A stretch of DNA of 64,000 nucleotides from an uncultured candidate division WWE3 bacterium. GTDB taxonomy: Bacteria > Patescibacteriota > WWE3 > UBA101185 > UBA10185. A program made the translations under genes and the position numbers. Where the stretch lies: contig CAIRNR010000007.1 in NCBI GenBank assembly GCA_903879985.1, positions 151,665 to 215,664 on the forward strand, written 5' to 3'. Shown in pieces: positions 1 to 7,339 of this stretch; position 1 is the stretch's first letter; each line of letters opens with the position of its first letter. Under the pieces are notes generated by a model, which was given only the letters and a program-made list of their open reading frames with translations, did no database searches and was not told the origin of the DNA.

Positions 1-445
1 TTCGGCATTTGGTCCAAACGGATTTACCACATTTTGGACATACAATTTTATTGTTGGAAATAATTTGATCTAATTCTTCTAATGGTTTACCTTCAACGTT
101 TCCAATTGTTGGAACATTGTCTTCAATCAAATGGTCGGCGCGCGTACGAAACTTACAGTTTGTACAATCAACTAATACATTTGTAAAGTTAGCTGTGTGA
201 CCGGAGGCTTCCCAAACGTTTGGACTCATAAGGTTACATGTGTCTAAACCAAACATTTCTGGTCTGCGAGTTACGAAAAATTTCCACCACAAGTCAGCGA
301 TATTTTTCTTTAATAAAACGCCCAACGGACCAAAATCGTAAGTATTGGCTAAACCGCCATAAATCTCAGATCCTGGGAAAACAAAACCTCTGCGTTTACT
401 TAAAGAAACTACTTTTTGTAATACATCCGCATTTGTGTCTGACAT
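1..445 (-). CDS. glyQS: Glycine--tRNA ligase, single-chain (alpha2) type, 5' part (runs off the window)
   Basis: Not in the ORF track. Hand translation from the ATG at 445 gives MSDTNADVLQKVVSLSKRRGFVFPGSEIYGGLANTYDFGPLG...VWEASGH...DCTNCKFRTRADHL, which are the typical GlyRS-1 motifs. Confidence 0.95.
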   Translation of the reverse strand, partial: MSDTNADVLQKVVSLSKRRGFVFPGSEIYGGLANTYDFGPLGVLLKKNIADLWWKFFVTRRPEMFGLDTCNLMSPNVWEASGHTANFTNVLVDCTNCKFRTRADHLIEDNVPTIGNVEGKPLEELDQIISNNKIVCPKCGKSVWTKCR

Positions 446-453
446 ATGTGCAT

Positions 454-462
454 AGTATACCA
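454..462 (-). promoter_or_regulatory. Extended -10 promoter element of glyQS (TGgTATACT), 8 nt before the ATG
   Basis: Minus strand reads ttTGgTATACTatgcacatATG; no Shine-Dalgarno. Confidence 0.6.
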
Positions 463-474
463 AATTGGCCAAAT

Positions 475-1200
475 TTATCGATCAGTTAACTCTAAGCTCT
501 TAAAACGCACGTCTAAGTTATCACTTACAAAACCTTTTATCAACGAGTCCACCTGTTTAAGTACCTTAACATCCTGAACAGCGCCAGTAACCGGAAACTT
601 ACCTTTTTGCAGATCCTGAATCATGTAAACGGTATCGGGGAAAACCTTAAATCCAAATCCTTCGCAGTTATTGCAAATAAATCCACCCATATCCAGGTTA
701 AAGGAATAGCTGCTCCATGTGTTATCCATCTTGCGCTCGCACACAACACATTTGTCCAAGTTTAACGCGTAACCAAGTTTTTTTAGGAGATTTACTTCAA
801 AATAATTTACGGTTAAAGCTGTGTCCTGATTTAATTTTTTTAGCGTGCTTAGAAGTAAATAAAATATTTCCGGCGACGTATCGTCTTCTTCAACAGATCT
901 AAAAACGATTTCCGCCAAATAATATGCGCTCATTGAAATACTTAAGTCGTTTTTAATATCTCTAAAAGATTCCAAAACTACGGCTTCATCTAAGTTTTTG
1001 AAACCGGAGCTTTCGGTAAGTTTTAAACTTACATAATTTAAAGTATCTAGGTTGCCCGCACGTCTCGAAGTTATTTTTCGCACACCTCTTGCCAGAACAC
1101 GGACTTTTCCATAGTCACGCGTAAGTATCGTGTAAATTTTGTCTTTGTCGGCATAGTTTGTGCTTTTTAAGACAATTCCTTCGGTGTTGTATTTATGCAT
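475..1200 (-). CDS. recO: DNA repair protein RecO
   Basis: TEGIVLK...YADKDKIYTILTRDYGKV...ARGVRK N-terminal OB fold and a CxxC...CxxC zinc finger (CVVC, CNNC). Start moved to the ATG at 1200 (MHKYNTEG). Confidence 0.93.
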   Translation of the reverse strand: MHKYNTEGIVLKSTNYADKDKIYTILTRDYGKVRVLARGVRKITSRRAGNLDTLNYVSLKLTESSGFKNLDEAVVLESFRDIKNDLSISMSAYYLAEIVFRSVEEDDTSPEIFYLLLSTLKKLNQDTALTVNYFEVNLLKKLGYALNLDKCVVCERKMDNTWSSYSFNLDMGGFICNNCEGFGFKVFPDTVYMIQDLQKGKFPVTGAVQDVKVLKQVDSLIKGFVSDNLDVRFKSLELTDR

Positions 1201-1208
1201 GAGAACAT

Positions 1209-1239
1209 TGTACCCCACCAAAAAAGCTGGCGGGGTACA
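1209..1239 (-). terminator. 12-bp hairpin between the DUF4012 gene and recO (terminator, processing stem or operator)
   Basis: Minus strand TGTACCCCGCCA-gcttttt-TGGTGGGGTACA with one G-U pair. No clear U tract follows. It overlaps a TACAAT box at 1207-1212. Confidence 0.5.
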
Positions 1240-1266
1240 GATTTAATACGTTGAAGTTAAACTTTA

Positions 1267-3225
1267 TTAGAGTTTAAACGATACTGACTGATCCTGGGTT
1301 AAATCAATTTTCTTATTTTGGTTACCATATATAAACGTATATGGCTCACTATCAATACCACCTTGTTTTTGCAACGTTAAGTTATATGTAGCTGGTCCAA
1401 CTGTACCTTCTGGCAAATAATACTTAAATGTCATTGTTTTTGTTTGACCTGGTGTTAACTCAACGTAACCACTGAACCAAACCTTATTTGACTCTTGATC
1501 TGTCGTTGTACCATCCTCGGAACCATCTACAGATACAAACTCCGAACCGACTGGGGCATATATACGTAGCCAATCCTTGAACCCTTTAACAAATGGATCA
1601 AACTGACTATCAGGTTGTGTGTAGGTGTATTTAACGGCAACTGTTCTTAACCAGCGATTGCCACTTTTTTCTACTGTGCTTGTTACATCTTTGTGTACGA
1701 ACCAGTTTGTCTTATCGCCACCAAGGTTTGTAGAAATAACGGCCAAGTAATCACCTTTCACATCAGTAGCAATACGACCGCCCAAACCATATTTATCAAC
1801 CAATGCCTCAGCTTGAGGATCAAACAAGTAGGCTTGGATATGTTTTCTCATAGACAAATCAACACCCTTTTGTATTATTTGCGCCCATAGGTTTTTGTCG
1901 GATTCAAAAACATTAATCAACATTGCCTGCATTAAATCACCCAATACTTTTTTACGATTTGCTTGTTCCTGTAATTCAAGAGAGGCAATTCTTTCAAGTT
2001 CTAAAACAACGTTATCTTTTGTATACGTAACACCATTAACTGTTACTGGTCCAGTTACAGCTAAAAGCTCTGAAATAACTTGAGTATCAATAGCCACAAT
2101 ACCGTCAACAGGTTTTACTTCAGCAGGACTAATACGACCAGCCATATTATAAAACTTCATGAATTGATCCATTGAGGTAACAAAATCAGGTGAATAGTTC
2201 ATATCACGGGCATACCAACGTGTATTCTTTAAATATTTCTGGTAAGCAGGTGGTGCTGTTGGAAAAGTATAAGTAGCATCAATTATATTCAAAGTTAAAT
2301 CAACACTGTACATATCTTTTGAAGTGAAATCAGATTGCAATAAACCATTATCAATCTTGAATGTAGCGTAGTTAGTCATAAAACCACCAGTAGGTCTTAT
2401 TTCCTTATCGTTCTGCATAATAATCATGTATCTTTTTACAGGAGTGTTTACGCCAAGAGTACCAGGAAATATTGTTAAAGCTTGTTTTATATCAGGGCCA
2501 TAGTCATTAGCTTTGGACAATGTGTCTTTAATAAAAGAAATGTCTTGTCGAACTTGAATACCTTGAATATTTTCAGGATATTTATCAACATTTACAGGTC
2601 CCAAATCATTTCCCACTTTAGATACAGCGGCAATAACACCATCCATTTGACCAGCAACCTGTGGCATTAATGAAATCCAACTCTGAAATGCTTGCATCAA
2701 ACCTTTTTGAACAGGAGCCTGTTGAGAAGCTGAAACTTTTAAACCAGCGGCATCAGCAAAGGGAGTTACAACTTTTTCAATCTCTTTAATTGCAGCTACA
2801 CTATCATGTCCGGCTTGAACAAACCTGTCTGAGTCTGAGTAAAACTCATTAACCTTAAAAAGTGGAATATTCTTTGCCCAACCAAAGCTTTTATCTCTTT
2901 GGGTCTTAAATGTATCTAAATCCTTTTCTGTTTTGTTTAGTGTTAAGTCAAGCGCGACGAGATCACGGCCTTGCATAGCGACACCAATTTGAGAAGAATC
3001 TGACTTTAATAAGTTTATTGCAGAAATTACGTCGTAAGAAGGTTTTACTACAAAGAAATAGCCTAAACCTGCTAATACTGCGACAACAACCAAAATAATA
3101 ACGCCCGTTACCCCTAAACCTTTAGCCAGTTTAGTGCTTTTTGGCGAACTACCCGAAACTTTATTTGTAGATCTAGGAACATTATTGCTACCCGAACTTT
3201 GTCCCCAAAATTGTGAATTATTCAT
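1267..3225 (-). CDS. DUF4012-domain membrane-anchored extracellular protein (possible LCP-like glycan ligase)
   Basis: N-terminal TM helix, helical stalk, then MQNDKEIRPTGGF, RDMNYSPDF, VDGIVAID and NLGGDK motifs characteristic of DUF4012. Confidence 0.8.
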   Translation of the reverse strand: MNNSQFWGQSSGSNNVPRSTNKVSGSSPKSTKLAKGLGVTGVIILVVVAVLAGLGYFFVVKPSYDVISAINLLKSDSSQIGVAMQGRDLVALDLTLNKTEKDLDTFKTQRDKSFGWAKNIPLFKVNEFYSDSDRFVQAGHDSVAAIKEIEKVVTPFADAAGLKVSASQQAPVQKGLMQAFQSWISLMPQVAGQMDGVIAAVSKVGNDLGPVNVDKYPENIQGIQVRQDISFIKDTLSKANDYGPDIKQALTIFPGTLGVNTPVKRYMIIMQNDKEIRPTGGFMTNYATFKIDNGLLQSDFTSKDMYSVDLTLNIIDATYTFPTAPPAYQKYLKNTRWYARDMNYSPDFVTSMDQFMKFYNMAGRISPAEVKPVDGIVAIDTQVISELLAVTGPVTVNGVTYTKDNVVLELERIASLELQEQANRKKVLGDLMQAMLINVFESDKNLWAQIIQKGVDLSMRKHIQAYLFDPQAEALVDKYGLGGRIATDVKGDYLAVISTNLGGDKTNWFVHKDVTSTVEKSGNRWLRTVAVKYTYTQPDSQFDPFVKGFKDWLRIYAPVGSEFVSVDGSEDGTTTDQESNKVWFSGYVELTPGQTKTMTFKYYLPEGTVGPATYNLTLQKQGGIDSEPYTFIYGNQNKKIDLTQDQSVSFKL

Positions 3226-3231
3226 AAATTA

Positions 3232-3867
3232 TTAATAGGCTCCTTTACCTGTTAAAACAACTAATGGCGTCTTAAATATGATCATTAGATCATACAGCAA
3301 AGAACGCTTTTTTGCATACGAGGCATCCAATTTTACTCTAGCGTCAAAAGATAAGCTAGAGCGACCGCTTATTTGCCATAAACCTGTTAAACCTGGCTTT
3401 ACCGAGTAAACAACCTGCATTAAATCTTTTAGGTCTGGGTGGGTTTCAAGCTGTTTATCCACTTCAAATGGATAATAGGCACGGGGTCCAACAAAGCTCA
3501 TTTCACCACGCAAAATATTAAAGAACTGTGGAAGCTCATCAATACTGGATTTACGGATAAACTTTGCGCCTTTAATTAATCTTGGATCAGGGTCAAGTTT
3601 AAAATTATTCTCTTGGTATTTTTTAAGCAACTCAGGCTGACTCATAAGCCATTCGTGAGCATGCGGAATCATTGAACGAAATTTAAAGAATTTGAATGTT
3701 TTACCATCCTTACCTACGCGTAAGGGCGTATCAGCAAGTACTGGTCCGCTTGGAGAAACAAGTTTAATCCAAATGGAGGCACCAAGCATTAAAGGTGCAC
3801 TGAAAACAATGCCACATAGAGAAATCACAATATCCATTATTCGTTTAGAAATATCGTAGAAGCTCAT
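3232..3867 (-). CDS. Priming phosphoglycosyltransferase (Bac_transf; WbaP/WcaJ/PglC family)
   Basis: KRIMDI, FKFRSM, DPR, RKSSIDELPQFFNILRGEMSFVGPR and KPGLTGLWQISGRS motifs. Confidence 0.95.
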   Translation of the reverse strand: MSFYDISKRIMDIVISLCGIVFSAPLMLGASIWIKLVSPSGPVLADTPLRVGKDGKTFKFFKFRSMIPHAHEWLMSQPELLKKYQENNFKLDPDPRLIKGAKFIRKSSIDELPQFFNILRGEMSFVGPRAYYPFEVDKQLETHPDLKDLMQVVYSVKPGLTGLWQISGRSSLSFDARVKLDASYAKKRSLLYDLMIIFKTPLVVLTGKGAY

Positions 3868-4997
3868 GTTAAGTCCTTTAAGTATACACTATTAACAAAT
3901 GTGACGAATTTTTCGGTAAAAACTTTACTACTAAATTTAGATGCATGGCGCTGGCATTTTAGTGAATTGTATTTTTCGGGCTCGAAGTTTTTGAGAACTT
4001 GCATAAGGCTACTGGAAGTTTGTTTATCAAAAAATTCACCTGTTTCTCCCGCGATAACAGTTTCTAGGGCACCACCACTGCGGTAAGCGATAACGGGCTT
4101 ACCCAAGGACATTGCCTCAACCGGAACTATTCCAAAATCTTCGCTTTGAGTATTTATGAGTGCTAAACAATTTTCTATTAATCTAGATTTTTCGTGTTCT
4201 GAAACATGCCCCAAAAAAGTTGTATTTTTTCCAGAAATATTTTTAAGTCGTTCAGTATCACTACCCTCACCAACTATAATTAATTTTAGTCCCAATTCTT
4301 CGCAAGCTTGAATCGCGATATCGACATGTTTCCAAGCAACAAGTCGGGTTATTACTAAATAATAAGGCGTACTGGTGGATTGTTCGGCTAAAGCAGCATC
4401 AGATTTTTTAATATCGGCGAAAGGATTTATTAAAACGCTTTCACGGCCATAATACTTGTTGATTCGATTTTTTGTGACAACACTATTGGAAATAAAATGA
4501 TCGACACGTTGCGCGGCACAGTAATCCATAATTCTAATTAAAGACAAAGGTAACTGTAAAAAGAACGCGGCTAAATTTTTTAGAATATAGCTACCGCCAA
4601 AACTTTCATTTTCAAAATAATCTGCGGATTCCCAAAACATACGGCCGGGCGAATGACAATAACAAATATGTAAAGTTGAAGGCTTTGTAACAATAAAATG
4701 TGAATATCTTGAAGACAAACTTATTACTACATCAAACTCAGAAAAATCGAAACTTTCAAAAGCTAATATGTGTAAAAGAAAAACTGAATACACGCGATTA
4801 AGTTTTACAGCAAAAGGGAATTTTTGTAGAAATGACGTATACACATCTACACCGGATTTTTTATATTTTTCCAACCAACGTTTACTGGCAACCGAGGTAT
4901 AAACAGGTGCATCGGGAAAAATCTCGGAAACTAATTTTACAACCTTTTCTGCTCCACCGAACTGAATGAGATCATCACAGACTATTGCCAATTTCAT
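3864..4997 (-). CDS. Glycosyltransferase family 4 (WbaZ-like)
   Basis: GGAEKV, CYCHSP, EDFGIVPVEAM and GGALETV motifs. Confidence 0.92.
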   Translation of the reverse strand: MKLAIVCDDLIQFGGAEKVVKLVSEIFPDAPVYTSVASKRWLEKYKKSGVDVYTSFLQKFPFAVKLNRVYSVFLLHILAFESFDFSEFDVVISLSSRYSHFIVTKPSTLHICYCHSPGRMFWESADYFENESFGGSYILKNLAAFFLQLPLSLIRIMDYCAAQRVDHFISNSVVTKNRINKYYGRESVLINPFADIKKSDAALAEQSTSTPYYLVITRLVAWKHVDIAIQACEELGLKLIIVGEGSDTERLKNISGKNTTFLGHVSEHEKSRLIENCLALINTQSEDFGIVPVEAMSLGKPVIAYRSGGALETVIAGETGEFFDKQTSSSLMQVLKNFEPEKYNSLKCQRHASKFSSKVFTEKFVTFVNSVYLKDLT

Positions 4998-5082
4998 AGA
5001 TGATTAAGATTATACTATGCAATTACTACAACGTAGCATCGCGGTAGCTTATACACTAAATAGCCTCTATAATAGACCCATA
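4998..5082. promoter_or_regulatory. Divergent promoter region with two TATAAT boxes
   Basis: Minus-strand TATAAT at 5009-5014, 11 nt before the ATG at 4997. Plus-strand TATAAT at 5068-5073, 9 nt before the ATG at 5083. Confidence 0.6.
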
Positions 5083-6210
5083 ATGTTAATAGCACTTAAC
5101 GGACAACGTATTTTAATGCAAAACCCAGCAGGACCAGAGAAATATACAATAAATATGTACTCTGCCCTATCCAAAGTTGATACAACCAACAAATACGTGG
5201 TTTATTTTGAAAACGAACCTAGTGCAGAATTCTGGAAAAGTCTATGCAGTAACAACCCAAACTGGGCATATAAAGTACTTCCGAAAAAATACTCCTGGAC
5301 ACAATACTCACTTGGCAAGGAATTATTCAAAAACACACCAGATGTGTTCTTTACCCCAATACACACATTACCTGTAATTAGGCCACTAAAGACAAAGTAT
5401 GTAGTAATGGTTCATGGTTTGGAATATGGCTTTACAAAAAATAATGCTAACTGGTTTCAAAAATTAGTTTTAGGAAAAACCGAATGGTATGTTTGTACAT
5501 TCGCAAACAAACTCATTGTTCCAACACAAGCGACAAAACAAAAGATACTAAAAAAAGGATGGACTGAAGATTCTAAAATTGAAATAGTAAATGAAGGAGT
5601 ATCACCAACTTTTTATAAACGCCCACCTGAAGAAATAAAAACTGTATTAACAAGGTACAACTTACAAAATAATCCTTATCTGATTTTTGTTTCAACAATT
5701 CAACCACGAAAAAACTTGCCAAGAACAATTGAGGCTTTCGCAAAAGCTGTAAAAAGTAATTCCCAGTTAGCATTTGAAAAACTAGTGATTGTTGGTAAAA
5801 AAGGTTGGGAGTTCGAAGAATCATTGGCAGCGCCAAAAAAGTTTGGCATTGAAAACAACGTTATATTTTTAGGTCGCGCTCCCGATGAAGACTTACCTGC
5901 CTTAATTTCAGGTGCACAAGGTTATGTTAATTTTTCACTTGAGGAAGGATTTGGTCTGCCATTATTAGAGTCTTTTGCGTGTGAAACCCCAACAGCAATT
6001 TCCGATATCCCCGCGTTTGTGGAAGTTGGAGAAGATACACCAATTTATGCAAATCCAGAAAATGTTGATCAAATCTCAGCAGCAATTGTACAACTACTGA
6101 ATTACGCACCAAATCCACAAAATGTTTTAAAGGGAAAACAACACTCGCAAAAGTTCACATGGGAAAACACAGCGAGAAAAACTTTGGATGTACTTTTGAA
6201 TCTTAAATAA
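5083..6210 (+). CDS. Glycosyltransferase family 4 (MtfB-like)
   Basis: STIQPRKNL, EEGFGLPLLESFAC and FTWENTARKTL motifs. Start moved to 5083 (MLIALNG), the usual first strand of a GT4. Confidence 0.9.
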   Translation: MLIALNGQRILMQNPAGPEKYTINMYSALSKVDTTNKYVVYFENEPSAEFWKSLCSNNPNWAYKVLPKKYSWTQYSLGKELFKNTPDVFFTPIHTLPVIRPLKTKYVVMVHGLEYGFTKNNANWFQKLVLGKTEWYVCTFANKLIVPTQATKQKILKKGWTEDSKIEIVNEGVSPTFYKRPPEEIKTVLTRYNLQNNPYLIFVSTIQPRKNLPRTIEAFAKAVKSNSQLAFEKLVIVGKKGWEFEESLAAPKKFGIENNVIFLGRAPDEDLPALISGAQGYVNFSLEEGFGLPLLESFACETPTAISDIPAFVEVGEDTPIYANPENVDQISAAIVQLLNYAPNPQNVLKGKQHSQKFTWENTARKTLDVLLNLK

Positions 6211-7339
6211 ATTTCTGAAAAACAGAAAACGTAATTTTTGCAGTATCCAGCCAACTAAATTTCTTAACTTGCTCATAACCTTTTTTTATAAGTGATTTTT
6301 GCAAATCAGTATCTGATAGAGCTAGATTTATTTTAGCAGCAATATCATCAACATTTAGCGGATCAAAATAAACCACTGAGTCGTCATAAATCTCACGATG
6401 TACCGGAATATCGGATATAACACAAGGTAAACCTTGAACTTGCGCTTCCAATGGCGTTAAGCTAAATCCCTCTTTTAATGAAGGAAAAACATAAAGCTGG
6501 GCTGCTCGACGCAATGCCACAACCATTTTATCTGAAATATACTCGTTCAATCCAGGTAATAATATTTTAGATTCAAGATGCTTACTGTTTACAAGAGTGG
6601 CAATTTTTTCAGAAAACTTATCTCTTTTTCCTACTAACAATAGTTTTCCTTGATAATTATATTTATTAATTAATATCTCAAATGCATCAACCAACCTAGG
6701 CAAATTTTTATGTTCATAAGCACTACTTACATAAAGTAAAAAAGGTTTTTCCACACCAATTTGTTTAAGTACTTCTTCTGAGGTCAAGTCTGTATCTAAA
6801 TAATTAGGATCAACACCTTCGTAAGCTAAAACATATTTATCAGTAGAAATCTGCGGATATACTTTTTTAAAATCGTTAAGAACATCTTGCGAAGGCACTA
6901 TTACTTTTTTGGATCTAAATACTGCCCACCATACGACCATTTTGTATACAAACTTTTTAAATCTAAAGTAGGGTTTTGGCAAAGTAGTTCCAGCCTCGGT
7001 ACTGAAACTATGCATAATAATATCGGGAATAGCAGTTACGATTTTTTTAGGATACAAAACAGGAATATTAAAGTGAGGCACGTAAAACAAATCCAGATTG
7101 TATTTTAACAGTAAAAATAGAAATGGAATTTGTTCACTCCATGTATACCATTTGTAATCAGCCAAGACTTTTTTAAAATTCGGATTTTGAGGTTTATACG
7201 CTTCAAAGCCACGTGGTCTTAAAAAAACAATATATTCATTTTCCAAATCCACTTGCTCTAAATGCTTAACGATGTTGTTAACATACCTTCCTGGTCCGGC
7301 TTCATCATAAAATCTGCAATCTAAACCTATGCGTTTCAT
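6203..7339 (-). CDS. Glycosyltransferase family 4 (MtfB-like)
   Basis: MKRIGLDCR, GPGRY, HKNL, FPSLKEGFSLTPLEA and FSW motifs. Confidence 0.92.
   Translation of the reverse strand: MKRIGLDCRFYDEAGPGRYVNNIVKHLEQVDLENEYIVFLRPRGFEAYKPQNPNFKKVLADYKWYTWSEQIPFLFLLLKYNLDLFYVPHFNIPVLYPKKIVTAIPDIIMHSFSTEAGTTLPKPYFRFKKFVYKMVVWWAVFRSKKVIVPSQDVLNDFKKVYPQISTDKYVLAYEGVDPNYLDTDLTSEEVLKQIGVEKPFLLYVSSAYEHKNLPRLVDAFEILINKYNYQGKLLLVGKRDKFSEKIATLVNSKHLESKILLPGLNEYISDKMVVALRRAAQLYVFPSLKEGFSLTPLEAQVQGLPCVISDIPVHREIYDDSVVYFDPLNVDDIAAKINLALSDTDLQKSLIKKGYEQVKKFSWLDTAKITFSVFQKFI

Noticed and set aside
238-489. 83-aa plus-strand ORF in the ORF track
   Set aside because: It is the antisense shadow of glyQS, which the track missed because it runs off the window.
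5017-5082. N-terminal extensions given by the ORF track (also recO 1221, radical SAM 23693, 29958, 31462, 38281, tuf 58406)
   Set aside because: Downstream ATGs match the family N-termini better, and most have a -10 box or SD at the right spacing.
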